The translations under genes were made by a program, and so were the position numbers. From Eledone cirrhosa (Eukaryota), in contig OZ024740.1 of NCBI GenBank assembly GCA_964016885.1, forward strand, positions 84,258,001-84,322,000: DNA of 64,000 nt, given 5' to 3'. Shown here piece after piece: positions 37,515 to 56,106 of the stretch. A model generated the notes under the pieces. The model was not told the origin of the DNA and ran no database searches. It worked only from the letters and a program-made list of their open reading frames with translations. The stretch's first letter is position 1; each line of letters starts with the position of its first letter.

Positions 37515-38004
37515 GCCCATTAAACATTGATATAAGAAAATAATTTCTTACCGCTGACAAAAATCATGTCCGTAAAGTAGCTCTCTCTCGCCTCGAATGA
37601 CCGCCAAATTTGAAATTCCAGCAGTTTTTGACTGAGGAAGTATCATAGCGACACGAAGCGGGAAGGGGAGACAACTCACGAAATGAGGAAAAAAATAATA
37701 TACACGCGGGTTAATTAGTTTTTTTGAAAACATTATCAATCCAACGTGTTTAAGGACTCAATTGAAAATAAAAAAATAAATATATGCTTGTATAAATTAC
37801 ACACGCATATAGATATTTTCTTAGGCTAAATCAGAAGTTATACCCGAATAAGAACCGCTTCTCATAACCGCAGTAAATGCAGAAAGTTATGCTATAAAGG
37901 GCAAATGGGAATATAATTCTCCGGACGAATTATTAAGAATAAAATATAAAACACACGCGGGTTAATTAGTTATTTCAAAACTAAAATTAATTCCTCGTGT
38001 AAAG

Positions 38005-38078
<74 letters not shown>

Positions 38079-38083
<5 letters not shown>

Positions 38084-38195
38084 GAAAGTGAGGTTTTTTT
38101 TACAAAATGAAAAATAACCGAGGTGTCCTACACGAGTGAAAGTATAAAGAAAAAGAGATGAAATCGAAAATGCAACTGGAGTCTTATTTTTAATA
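38079..38195 (-). mobile_element. Solo 3' terminus of PLE family E
   Basis: Matches 18560-18672 and the reverse complement of 13345-13458. Confidence 0.8.
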
Positions 38196-38232
38196 ATATG
38201 TATATATATATATATACATATATGTATATATG

Positions 38233-38283
<51 letters not shown>

Positions 38284-38296
38284 GTATATATATATG

Positions 38297-38336
<40 letters not shown>

Positions 38337-38337
<1 letters not shown>

Positions 38338-41300
38338 GAAAAAGAACACAAGAGCGTCTACAACATCAAAAGATTTTTATTGGCTAACAATGTTTCTTCC
38401 TTACGTGTAACCGTAGGATTCATCAGAGCTATAAAAGGGGTTTGATTGGTGTTATGGACTCTACCAACCAAACACCCAAGAACAAAGAGTAAAGAGAGCA
38501 AAGAGCAAAAGTAGGGGACGATAAGTCTAATTTTGGTGCGGGAGGGTGAGGTGTTGGTCCTTGTTTACTAGCTGCGGTCATATTCATTCCCGGGAGTCGG
38601 GTGGTCAGCTGAACCATAGATGGGGTGGCGTCGATAGTATGGTGCAGAGGGTGCGCAGAGGCTACACAAACACAAAGGGCGTAGAATACATATATACATA
38701 TAGCGGAGGAGAAGGTACATGAGGTAATTAGAAATGGAAAAAGAGTAATAATAATAATCTATAATTAATAGTGTATAATAAGGCATGGGGAAGATTACAG
38801 TATAATAAGGTATAAAGGTAAGAATAAGGTAAAATATAAAGGATGATAAAAGTGGAAATAATAATAAAGATAAAAAAATATATATAGAGAATATATAAGG
38901 AAATATAAGCGAATATTTGGAGGGGAAAACACAATGTAAAAAAACCGATTTTTTTCAAACAATAATAAAAATATAATAATTATGGGGGGAGAAAACAGGA
39001 TAGAGAAATATAATCAAGTGTGATTCGTTGAGAGAATATAAGATGATAATAGTTATGTCCAGTTTATACATCTTAATAATAAATAATAAACAATATGTGT
39101 ATCAGAGTTGGAGAACCTTCAATTCACTTACGGGTTCAAGCCACGTGGCATGGTCCATTGTTTATCTGTGCGGTCATGTGCGTTTGTTTTTGACACCACA
39201 GCAGATGCACAAGTTTGTAAATTCCAATGCAGAGAGAAATCAATTTTTGCTCACCCGGAAATTGACTGAGGATCCAATATTCCTAGTTCAATATGTGTTA
39301 GGTGTTATTTTGGTCGCACAAATCAATCAATTGGTTCAATATATGGAGTATGGTTTTCTGGTCTTCGTAACAGTGTCAGTGGTTGTATATTTGGAAGTCA
39401 CAAGGATCACAGTACTCCGGTTTGGTGTGATTATCGCTCATCCAGCTATGTTGTTGGTGGTTGGATTCAAATCTATTCGCCCAAACGCTGAACTTTGGTG
39501 TCGATAGGACATTAACGAAGCAGGGTGAGATCGCATCTGTGGTACAAAACGGTACGCAAGGAAATTCTTCGTCTTCGTTTCATCCGGGTCCAGTAGTCAC
39601 GTGCAAGAACCGCTACGTAGTAATTGTGGGGTTAATCGGTCAAGTCAGCAACTGACCGAAAATTCAGGCAGGCATGACAGCTTTTTTACGTGTGTACGTG
39701 TGTCCGACACACACAGACACATATCTATATGTATTTCAACTAAAAAAACTCAAATGATTCACCTAGTGGTACTACAATCGGTCAAGACAGTAACTGGCCG
39801 ACAGTTCCCTTAGGAATTCAGACAGGCATGACAGGTATATTTAGGTCAAGAGCCTCCTTATGTGTTCGTGTGTTCGATACACACAGACACATATCCACAT
39901 GTATTTCAACTCAAAAAATTCAGTTGATTCCCCCATTGATATCATATCTGTGCTGTTTGGATATGCATGCTGTGGTGTTCTGGTCGTGCATATCATTCAC
40001 TGTATTTTGCCACTACATTGGAATGTGATGTTATGGTCATCAATAGTCCGGCAAGCGCATTTCGCTCTTATATTGCAGAGAATGGTGTTCTGGTCCTCAG
40101 TAAACATCCAGGTCAGCAGGAGGGGTGGTGGTTCTCAGTTTCAACTTCGACAATACATATGTGTTACTCTGCATATCGTGCTCCTCTCAGAGAAGAGTAT
40201 TATAGGAGGAATTCATGCCACACAGCACACATAGAGAGAATTTCTACAGAAGAGTATACATACATATACACATACATACACCCATTATACACTTACACAT
40301 ACACACTCATACGCATACATACATATATTCACATACATGTCACACATACACATACACAATATAATACGCATGCATACAATATACATATACACACACACAC
40401 ATGTATATACATATATATACACATACATATATATACATACATATACACACAATATACATACATACAATGCACGCACACATGCGTGCATGCATGCACACAC
40501 GCACGCACACCCACACATATGTCTGCGTGTGCGTGCGTGTGAGAGATAAAAGGAGAATACACACACACACACGCAAGAGCACCAACCTTGTAGGGGACTG
40601 CACCACCCTTATGGTACCTATCTATCTAGGTTACGGGTTGGGGGGGGAACTATAGTCTAGGTGGGGGTTGCGTGATATATGTTACGTCTATGTGCTAGGT
40701 TTAAAATAGAAGAAGGAACACAGGATTTTGTGTTGGCATGAGGAGAAAATTTCCGATTTCCTGTTAAGCAGGTTCAGTTTAGAGTGTATTATGGCATGGC
40801 ATTCCAGTAAACACAGGTCACAACTTCCGCTCTGCGGTCGGTATGGCGTGGATCTAGTAAGCTTCCTCCAAAAAAGTTTGTATGGGGTACTATTATTTTT
40901 TAAGAAGGAGATGTATCCCGCCAGTGAGGTGGCATTCTTATGTCTGTCGTGTCTAAATGTGTACATGTGCGCGTTAAATCTAGTTTTAAATGTATTGGAC
41001 GTTGCTCCTATATATGTTTTGGTGGAGTTGTGTGTGGTTACGTCACATGCATATACTATGTTTTTCATGAGGCAACCCCCCCCCCCTTAGGGCACAGTTA
41101 CTACTCCGGGAATGAATATGACCGCAGCTAGTAAACAAGGACCAAAATTAGACTTATCGTCCCCTACTTTTGCTCTTTGCTCTCTTTACTCTTTGTTCTT
41201 GGGTGTTTGGTTGGTAGAGTCCATAACACCAATCAAACCCCTTTTATAGCTCTGATGAATCCTACGGTTACACGTAAGGAAGAAACATTGTTAGCCAATA

Positions 41301-41345
41301 AAAATCTTTTGATGTTGTAGACGCTCTTGTGTCCTTTTTCATATA
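38337..41345 (-). mobile_element. 5'-truncated PLE: GIY-YIG domain, about 2.3-kb 3' region, inverted pLTR with HHR in both arms
   Basis: 38337-38595 inverted to 41105-41345; gct-CTGATGA-atcctacg..cgtaagga-a-GAAA-cattg-TT-agc at 41249-41295 (+) and 38383-38429 (-). Confidence 0.85.
40688..41068 (-). CDS. PLE GIY-YIG endonuclease domain (5'-truncated)
   Basis: IVY...YIG..SNTFKTRFNAH...CDLCLLE...LNRKSEIFSSCQHK. Confidence 0.88.
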   Translation of the reverse strand: MKNIVYACDVTTHNSTKTYIGATSNTFKTRFNAHMYTFRHDRHKNATSLAGYISFLKNNSTPYKLFWRKLTRSTPYRPQSGSCDLCLLECHAIIHSKLNLLNRKSEIFSSCQHKILCSFFYFKPST

Positions 41346-41464
41346 TACGGCTCTGCTCCAAAGCATAGAGCTAATTATTATGCTGCCAATACCTTAACGG
41401 GACACGGGTATATAATACCTAACTCCTACTAACCTAAGTATTTTTATATATATATATGTATATG

Positions 41465-41587
<123 letters not shown>

Positions 41588-41622
41588 CTGAAAATTGCAA
41601 ACTTGACTGTCACCACACATTA

Positions 41623-41661
41623 TGAACCTGAAGATTGCGAAAGCATGAAAGTACTTGTTCA
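41623..41661 (+). ncRNA. Minimal type I HHR with GNRA-capped helix II (family F)
   Basis: tgaac-CTGAAGA-t-tgc-gaaa-gca-t-GAAA-gtac-TT-gttca; the downstream sequence recurs as a palindrome at 49965-50235. Confidence 0.88.
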
Positions 41662-41819
41662 ATTAACACTTAACATTTAATATTCTATTATACTATTTCA
41701 TTATAATACCATTATAAATTTTAAAGGATTGTAAATAAAATGAGTAAATCAGACAAAGTTGTAATTCCTCTAATTAATATAATCTTCTATACACAATCAT
41801 ACACACCCGTGTATATTTA

Positions 41820-42008
<189 letters not shown>

Positions 42009-42043
42009 TACATGAATCAAAGTTCAGTTTAAATCATTTATTT

Positions 42044-42088
42044 GCTTACAATTGTTTCCTCCAAACCGAGGTTTGGATTCTTTGGAGC
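42044..42088 (-). ncRNA. Decayed HHR (core CCAAAGA)
   Basis: Minus: gct-CCAAAGA-a-tccaaac-ctcg-gtttgga-g-GAAA-caattg-TA-agc. Confidence 0.5.
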
Positions 42089-44106
42089 GACTATTTAGTG
42101 ATTTTTTACATACTTGACCTCCTTTTCAACACAAGAGACATATAAAAACATATGTATATATTGACCCACAGTGGGTTGACATCCATCATAATAATATAGC
42201 ATGGCAATTTACATACAAAGGTTACAGTCATATTAAAGGACAAAATTAAAGTTAAAATTAAAATTAAAATTAAAATAAAACATTGGCAGTTTATGAAGAT
42301 AAAGCAAGAGGAAAGTTTAGAGTAGTCAGTGTAAGAAACAGTCTCACGTGTGGCATGCACGCGTGTCTTCTTTATACAGGATTATAGTGCGGCAGATTGT
42401 TACATGTAAAACCATGCAGTTAAAGCAGGCAATCAATAGCATCATGGGGGCTGTATTGTTAAAGCATTTTTCACATACACCTGTACGATATATAAGCCTG
42501 TTTGTAGAGAAACACCAAAAATATCAAAAATAGTACAAATGAGAAGCAAAACAGCACCACTGTCCTCGCACCCACTACCACTCACACAATCCAGGAAACG
42601 CAATTTATAGACTACATGTCCATCACACAATCCACAATGATTCAACATCGGGTGCCTGGTGAACCATGTAATAAATCATATCCTGTCGTTCCTTAATTTG
42701 ATTCATAGATCAGGTTGTTATTGTTGTGAGAGATGACATTGTATTATATTCCGGAAGTGTGTGTGTGACTAAGGGGAGTTAATGCGTAAGGGGAGGTAAC
42801 TAGCTGATTTTCATAGTTAAATTTATAATCCTAAAGTACATTAATGGTGTTTTAAATGAGTCCCTATCATATAAGGTTATAAACAATTTCTAAATTTAAG
42901 TATCTTATCTATAAATTACAGTGTAGTCTATCAAGAAGTACTAAAGGTGTTCATATCAGGATGATTACCTTCTATCATGAAGTTCCCCAACCGAACATTC
43001 CACAAGAAGAGTCAGACCTCCAAATCAATGATCTTTGTAAGTGTATTCCACCCGCAGAACCTGGCAGGGTCTTATAGAGAGAAAAAAATATAGAGTGAGG
43101 AAAAAAAATAGCGAGAGAAAAAATTTAAAAATAGCCAGACATATTCGAGGTGTAAAAAAACCCTATGTTTTAATGTATTAGTATTTATAAAACTTACACT
43201 ATATTGTAAATATCAGTATTCCTGAATGAAACAAGTATCCATAATGTGTGAAAATTAATTATCTTATGTATAGTTTTAAAAAATTCATATGTTTATGTGA
43301 CAGCTACAAACATCCATGCGAATCCAACTGATTCACTCTGCAAACTCTAGGTTACCGGAAAACATTCACAATGTGGTATAAAAATTTGAGCGTATTATTA
43401 TTCTCTACAAGATTATCTATCAAGCAGAAATAGAGAGCAGATTTCAATATACTAATAAAAATATATATTATATTATAAACAAAACTAAAAATATAAAGAT
43501 AACAATAATAATAAGTAAAAATATTACGAAAGAATATTACATAGTAAAAATATTACATATTAAAAATACTACGTATTAAAAAATATTACGTATTAAAAAT
43601 TTACATATTAAAGATATTAAAAATTTTAAAAATAAAAATAAAAATAAAATAAAAATAAAAAATAAAAAATATTATAGAATACTACAATATTAAAAAATAA
43701 AAATAAAAATAAAAATAAAAATAAAAATAAAAATAAAAATAAAAATAAACCACAAAGAACAACCCTTCAAAGTTAATTGACAATATATTGCCAAGTTCAT
43801 TACAAGACAAAGCCAAAAATTATCTATCAAATCACATCTAGCAAAGAACATTTCAAAAAGATTATGATGTCCAATTAGATCTACATATGTTTTTATATTT
43901 AATATAGAAGTTTATCTAGTGTAAGGTTAATTCAAAAATTTGGAGCATCAGCTTTTAGGGTAGCTTAATTTTTCATGAGGAATGTTTAGATAAAAATAAA
44001 ATAAAAATAAACAATAAAAAAAAGAGTAAAAAGAGGGAATCAAAGATTTAGGAAACAAAAAATTTATCGGCTAGTTCCCATATAAATATAAATCAAACTA
44101 AATATA

Positions 44107-46328
44107 CTACATTTTAAATTTAAATTTATATTTAAACGTTGAGTTTAATCTATGTTTGCAACAACTGAATAAATTTGTCCGTAGGTTAAGGGAATTTTTA
44201 GATTTTAGTATAAAGAATATCTCCTCTGCACAGAGGTCACATGTCTCGGAGGATGAATTAAAAGGAATCCCTCTTGAGACTATATTCCAAGCCGTCGAAT
44301 ATCTAACGTTATCTAGCTTAAGTTGCCAGAGTACGCCTGATAGTGCCGTTGAAGATTTTTTACTTGGATCTGTGAAAGAATTCTTGTGGTTATTATAGCG
44401 AAGTTTAAATTCCGTCGATGTGGAACCGACGTAGTTAAAAGAATTAGAGTCAGTATTAACATTACAATTGTATACTATATTTTTAACTAAGCAGTTGTTA
44501 TTTAACGGACATTTAGATCTATCTCTACAGTTACATTTGTTAACTTGTATATTATTTATGCTATTATCAGTAGGTTTTAAGTTCCTATTATTTATTCTAT
44601 TAATATTTTGTGCTAAATTTTTGGTGGATGAGTAGGTTAATTTAATTGTATGCCTATTGAAGATTGAGTGATACCTATGTGTTCTAGGGAAGCGATTATC
44701 AAGAGCTTTGAAAAATAATTTAGCGATGTGGGTTTTAATGTTTAGTGAGAAAGGGGGGGGGGGGGGGCAAACCAAATTATGTTCCTAGTTCTATTTCTTT
44801 TTTGTCCTTTGGAATTATTGTAATGCTTTCTATTATAGTTGTTAATGTTGTTGCCGTAATTAAAAAAGTTGTTACTTTGTTTAGTTTGTCTATCATTATC
44901 TATGTATACAATCTTATCAGCATATCCTGCCCTAGCTAGTGCATCATTATAGTACTGGGCCTTTTCGTCAAAAATCTTTCTATTCGACGAGATCCTAGAG
45001 ATACGTTTTTGGACTGAGTTTACTATAGTGTTTTTGACAGATCTGGGGTGGTTAGAGTTAAAGTTGACATAGTTTAAGTTTTCATTCAACTTGTGAAAAG
45101 GATAGTGGAGACATGTGTTGAGATTTAATGTTATATCTAGGAAATTGACTATTCTATGGTTGTTCTCAATTTCTATTTTAAGGTTAAAGTAATTAAAAAA
45201 TTTTGTAATTTGTTTACATTTTCTATTTAGTTCAGGGTTATTATTATTAATAAGTAAAAGCATGTCATCCCTATATAAACCTCCGGTAGTACCAGGTATT
45301 TTCCTATGTAGCGAATTGATTAAAAATAAGCCTACAAGGTCAGTTACCTGAGCTGAGTCGGAAGATCCCATAGTTATGTCAAAATTGCTATCTCTATCTG
45401 CTCTAGTCCATAATTTGTCATTAAATTCTATCAAAGTTTTCCTAGCCGATAATATAATATGCATTTCTTTGCTAGTTAGGTCAGTATGTTTGAATGCGTA
45501 ATTTAGTGCCTTATTTAGTAGACTAGGGGTAATAGAAGAATAATAGTTAGCTATATCAAGTTGAATAAACCTATTATTATTGTTATATTTAATTTGCCTA
45601 AACCACTCAACAACCTCTCCAGTTCCCTTCCACAAACTCAGGTTAGATACACAATCCAAGTTCTTAATTTGCTGTATCACCCTGTCAAGAATGTTTTTGC
45701 TTAATTTGCCCAGGTCCGATTTTGAAGGTGCGATCAATCTAACTGGCAGGTCATTTTCAAAATTCCTCTTGTGGTCCTTCATATTGATCTTCGGTTTCCT
45801 GGGCACGAAAGGTTGTGTTCTGTTCTCAATTTCCAACTCGTGCATTATACAAGATGCTTCGACATTCATTTTCTCAAGTTCGGCCTTATCAGCTACCTTG
45901 TACTTTTTCCTCAGCTCTTTCAGTATGAGGCCATTATACATGTCTTTCCGCACTCCATAGAGGTTGTTGGTCTTGTCAGATTTCACCAAGATCTTCTCAG
46001 TTTTCTCTAAGCTCTCAATGTTATCCTTAATGCCTTTCAGATATTCCTGGCCTTTAAAGTTTCTCTTGAATTTGACCCCTTGTATGATAGAAATTATATC
46101 GTTTTCAAAGTCAGATAAAAGTTTGTTAGGGGGTGGATTTCTTTTAGATTTGAAAACTTTGTTTAAGTCCGAGATATTTTCGTCTGCATTAGATTTATCA
46201 AAGTGGAATGCACGCCACCTGATTCTCCTTATAAAAGAGTCAGATTTATCTATTAATTGTTTTACAAAGTCTTTGTTTCTAGGTAGAGGTATGTCTTTTA
46301 GAGAGGAAGTAATCTTAAAGAATTCCAT
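44107..46328 (-). CDS. PLE RT + GIY-YIG polyprotein (about 740 aa) broken only by a frameshift in a C15 run
   Basis: SLKDIPLP..RRIRWRA, DKT, QLDIANYYSSI, MGSSDSAQVTDLVG, LYRDD, FLD, SNHP, WFAPP|PFS, CNCR..CPLNNNC, IVY..YVG, RYNNH, CDLC..E, CKH. Confidence 0.9.
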
Positions 46329-46961
46329 TTTTCCAGTTATAATATAAAGCGCTCAACAGTATTGGAGCAAGGTACATGTAAAGTTATATTTAAAATTGTT
46401 GGGTTACAACTAGTAAATATTTATAACTGATATAAAAGGGATTCCTTTTAATTCATCCTCCGAGACAAGTGACCTCTGTGCAGAGGAGATATTCTTTATA
46501 CTAAAATCTAAAAATTCCCTTAACCTACGGACAAATTTATTCAGTTGTTGCAAACATAGATTAAACTCAACGTTTAAATATAAATTTAAATTTAAAATGT
46601 AGTATATTTAGTTTGATTTATATTTATATGTGAACTAGCCGATAAATTTTTTGTTTCCTAAATCTTTGATTCCCTCTTTTTACTCTTTTTTTTATTGTTT
46701 ATTTTTATTTTATTTTTATCTAAACATTCCTCATGAAAAATTAAGCTACCCTAAAAGCTGATGCTCCAAATTTTTGAATTAACCTTACACTAGATAAACT
46801 TCTATATTAAATATAAAAACATATGTAGATCTAATTGGACATCATAATCTTTTTGAAATGTTCTTTGCTAGATGTGATTTGATAGATAATTTTTGGCTTT
46901 GTCTTGTAATGAACTTGGCAATATATTGTCAATTAACTTTGAAGGGTTGTTCTTTGTGGTT

Positions 46962-47232
46962 TATTTTTATTTTTATTTTTATTTTTATTTTTATTTTTAT
47001 TTTTATTTTTATTTTTATTTTTATTTTTATTTTTATTTTTATTTTTATTTTTATTTTTATTTTTATTTTTATTTTTATTTTTATTTTTATTTTTATTTTT
47101 ATTTTTATTTTTATTTTTATTTTTATTTTTATTTTTATTTTTATTTTTATTTTTATTTTTATTTTTATTTTTATTTTTATTTTTATTTTTATTTTTATTT
47201 TTATTTTTATTTTTATTTTTATTTTTATTTTT
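46962..47232. repeat. (ATTTTT)n hexamer microsatellite
   Basis: About 45 units here versus about 9 in the otherwise near-identical opposite arm (43692-43748). Confidence 0.95.
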
Positions 47233-48267
47233 TAATATTGTAGTATTCTATAATATTTTTTATTTTTTATTTTTTATTTTTATTTTATTTTTATTTTTAT
47301 TTTTATTTTTAAAATTTTTAATATCTTTAATATGTAAATTTTTAATACGTAATATTTTTTAATACGTAGTATTTTTAATATGTAATATTTTTACTATGTA
47401 ATATTCTTTCGTAATATTTTTACTTATTATTATTATTGTTATCTTTATATTTTTAGTTTTGTTTATAATATAATATATATTTTTATTAGTATATAGAAAT
47501 CTGCTCTCTATTTCTGCTTGATAAATAATCTTGTAGAGAATAATAATACGCTCAAATTTTTATACCACATTGTGAATGTTTTCCCGGTAACATAGAGTTT
47601 GCAGAGTGAATCAGTTGGATTCGCAATGGATGTTTGTAGCTGTCACATAAACATATGAATTTTTTAAAACTATACATAAGATAATTAATTTTCACACATT
47701 ATGGATACTTGTTTCATTCAGGAATACTGATATTTACAATATAGTGTAAGTTTTATAAATACTAATACATTAAAACATAGGGTTTTTTTACACCTCGAAT
47801 ATGTCTGGCTATTTTTAAATTTTTTCTCTCGCTATTTTTTTTTCCTCTCTCTATATTTTTTTCTCTCTATATATCTCCCTTACATTAATACTTGAGCTAA
47901 ATAAATAAATAAATAAATAAATGTATCATTGATACACTTACTCAAAATAACCTCCCACTACCTAATTTTCTATATATATATGTATCTATCTCTATTTCCT
48001 CTCTCTCTCTATATATATATCTCTTTCTGTTTCTTTACATGAAGCTCTTCGCTTTATCTATCTTTCCATCTCTCTATTTTGTTCCATGCATCTCTTCTTT
48101 TTCTTTTTTTTCTTTTTCTTCCTTTTCTTCGTTTTGTCTTTCTTTCTTTTTTTCTCTCTTTCTGTCTCTCTGTATAAAATGTTCACTGCTAGCGTAAACC
48201 TCTTCAAATGAAGTCGATGTTTATTACGGTATGTCGAATCTATTTATCTATAAAACTGTTTATATTG

Positions 48268-48333
48268 TATTTTGTCTGATGAAGGCATAGCATATTGTTA
48301 ATATGATATCCCCGAAATATATATAATGAAATA
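48268..48333 (+). ncRNA. Type I HHR in PLE pLTR
   Basis: tattttgt-CTGATGA-aggcatagcatatt..aatatgatatcccc-GAAA-tatata-TA-atgaaata; relative at 60063-60127 (-). Confidence 0.75.
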
Positions 48334-48478
48334 AATATGGTTTTATAAATATAGTTTTCCATTTATTTAACATTGTAAATATACTCCAAATATTTTGTCG
48401 AGTGCTTTTATATCAGTTATAAATATTTACTAGTTGTAACCCAACAATTTTAAATATAACTTTACATGTATATATATG

Positions 48479-48597
<119 letters not shown>

Positions 48598-48598
48598 G

Positions 48599-48629
<31 letters not shown>

Positions 48630-48675
48630 GTATATATATATATATATATATTTATATGTATATATATATGTATAT

Positions 48676-48710
<35 letters not shown>

Positions 48711-48729
48711 ATATATATATATATATATA

Positions 48730-51028
<2,299 letters not shown>

Positions 51029-51070
51029 TATGTATATATATATATATATATATATACATATACATATTAT

Positions 51071-51103
<33 letters not shown>

Positions 51104-51108
51104 GTGTG

Positions 51109-51139
<31 letters not shown>

Positions 51140-51154
51140 GTATATATATATATG

Positions 51155-51185
<31 letters not shown>

Positions 51186-51215
51186 GTATATATATATATG
51201 TATAATATATATATG

Positions 51216-51246
<31 letters not shown>

Positions 51247-51262
51247 GTATATATATTATATG

Positions 51263-51377
<115 letters not shown>

Positions 51378-51378
51378 G

Positions 51379-51443
<65 letters not shown>

Positions 51444-51458
51444 GTATATATATATATG

Positions 51459-51492
<34 letters not shown>

Positions 51493-51575
51493 TGTTATAA
51501 ATATATATATATATATGTATATATATAAATATGTATATATATATATATATGTATATATATGTATATATATATATG

Positions 51576-52287
<712 letters not shown>

Positions 52288-52496
52288 GAGAGACATAAGA
52301 AAATTATAAAATTAACTTACTTACTAAAATAATTTTAGTAAGTAAGTTAATTTTATAATTTTCTTATTTTACGTCTCTCATATTATTGTTCTGCAACCCC
52401 ATGCATTGAACCACAAAGTTACTAAGATAAAACCTATATATTTGCTACCATTGATATGCATCTGTATGTATATATATGTTACTAGATATTAATTCT

Positions 52497-53555
<1,059 letters not shown>

Positions 53556-53563
53556 TATATATA

Positions 53564-53637
<74 letters not shown>

Positions 53638-53835
53638 TAGTAGGTCGTAGCCACCCTATTGAGCGGAGAGTGTGTGGTTAATGGATGTTGACTGGTATTA
53701 AACCCTAGGCTGTAAGGAACCACCAACAGGACTACAAGACACTTGTCAGGATTTTCAGAATTTCTGGCAATCCACAGGGTAATAATATTAATAATACATG
53801 TGTATATCTGTTGTGTGTGTGTATATATGTATATA

Positions 53836-53866
<31 letters not shown>

Positions 53867-53879
53867 GTGTGTATACATA

Positions 53880-53938
<59 letters not shown>

Positions 53939-54209
53939 GTATGTATCATCCGGGAGAGATGAACCGTTAGCCTATGTCAAGGCAGAATTCTAGGAGAAGG
54001 AAAACTCTGATATAACACCTGCAACCCTGATGGTATCGAATGATGTTGACTTGTTCTTCTTTTTGGTAAATATCATCTTGGTTAAGAGAGTGGGGCTGGC
54101 TTTGTGCAGTGCCTTTGCTCACTATAAAAGCTTCACGGCACAGGCATTGCTTATATCTGGAGATATCTCTCTGCACTTGTCGTCACATGGCACCATGGGC
54201 TCAGCACTA

Positions 54210-54359
54210 TGTGTAATTAATTGTCACAAGTGTAGTGTTTGTACCAGAGTTTTCAAGTCGCTGACTGGACTAAAAAGTCACACTTGTTTAGCGCATCGGT
54301 AGGGGTTCTCCTACATGGATATAAAGTAGTGGCAATACTCGAAAACGAGTTGGCAGCCA

Positions 54360-54362
<3 letters not shown>
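54210..54362 (+). mobile_element. 3' end of an RTE-like LINE
   Basis: CSVCTRVFKSLTGLKSH C-terminal zinc-finger-like motif, then a short hairpin 3' UTR (actcgaaaacgagt) abutting (TA)n. Confidence 0.5.
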
Positions 54363-54425
<63 letters not shown>

Positions 54426-54449
54426 AAATATATATGTATATATATATAT

Positions 54450-55302
54450 AAGATGTACAGAGGGTACTTGCAGAAACATGACAACAACATACATAGGTGA
54501 GACAGCTCGTAGCATAGGTGAAAGGATAGACCAACACTGGGGAGAAGTAAAAGGACGAAAAAACGGGTCAGTACTATACGAACATGCTAGACAACAACAT
54601 GACGGTAACATAGACAACATAGAAATTAGAATAATATCTAAACATAGAAATGACCCAGCAGATAGGCAAATTAGAAGACCAAAGCTAAACAGAAAGAATG
54701 AATGGAATAACAACAACACCCAAACAAACAACACTGACCTAAGAGAAGTATAAATAAGTAAATAAAAAAAGATAAATAAATAAATAAATAAATACATACA
54801 TACACAAGCACAATAACAACAAGCAGATAAACACACACTAGTCACCCATCACACAGCAAACATAACAGTATACACGCACGCAAACGCATGCACAAAGAAG
54901 ACAAAATAAAATAAACAAACAAGCAAATAAATAAATAAATATATAGACAGACTGAATAAAAATGGCGTAGACATACAAAACAACAGGAGGAAAATATAAC
55001 ACCACTGACGATGTTGCAGATGTGCAACGAAAGATTTATGATGAACTATATATATTTGTTTGTGTCTATATTCTATCTGTATTATTTTTTACCATCGGTC
55101 AGTCAATGGCAACATTGAGGACCGAGTAAGTTAGATTACCGATATAAAAGACAGCGAGAAGCGAAAACCAATCAAACAGTGAGTGTGTTCTGTTATTAAT
55201 GCTGGCAATATTACACAAATATGACCTTCCCCAAGTATAACAATATTTGTTTCGACACACGATTTCATATAAAAAGCCTCGCAAAACCAATTCATCGCCG
55301 CT
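54450..55302 (+). mobile_element. PLE 3' fragment: GIY-YIG relic related to 12008-13066, with 3' UTR HHR
   Basis: IRCTEG..YIGETARSIGERIDQHW..LYEH..PKLNRKNEW; cacca-CTGACGA-t-gttgca-gatg-tgcaac-GAAA-gatt-TA-tgatg at 55000-55043. Confidence 0.85.
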
Positions 55303-55307
55303 ATATA

Positions 55308-55368
<61 letters not shown>

Positions 55369-55369
55369 T

Positions 55370-55453
<84 letters not shown>

Positions 55454-55465
55454 CATATATATATG

Positions 55466-55503
<38 letters not shown>

Positions 55504-55527
55504 CATATATATATGTATATGTATATA

Positions 55528-55559
<32 letters not shown>

Positions 55560-55596
55560 GATATAGATATATATATCTAGATATATAATATGTATA

Positions 55597-55753
<157 letters not shown>

Positions 55754-55798
55754 GAAAGGTATAGAAAAGCTGCAGCGAAAAGCCAACACCACTTCATG

Positions 55799-55871
<73 letters not shown>

Positions 55872-55925
55872 TATATAGATATATACATATATATATATAT
55901 ATACATATATATATACATATATATA

Positions 55926-56040
55926 TAAAATGGAATAGAATGACATGAAATTTCATTTCTCACTCTTAGTACGGCACTTACTTAAATATAAGTATGTATG
56001 TATACGTACATACATATATGTATACAGACGTACAGTAGCA

Positions 56041-56106
<66 letters not shown>

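Larger units (their letters stand above)
43073..48470 (-). mobile_element. Near-intact PLE (probably Hydra-type) with a 2-kb inverted copy of its 3' end
   Basis: 46437-47870 is the reverse complement of 43073-44270; the arm continues to the pLTR end at 48470, whose last about 60 nt also precede the ORF (46375-46436); HHR at 48268-48333 (+). Confidence 0.93.

Noticed and set aside
37628-37670. CTGAGGA...GAAG motif
   Set aside because: Lacks GAAA, helix III and helix I pairing
44107-46328. Assignment to Naiad PLEs or a selenoprotein
   Set aside because: The endonuclease is C-terminal, not N-terminal, and no in-frame TGA is seen at cysteine positions
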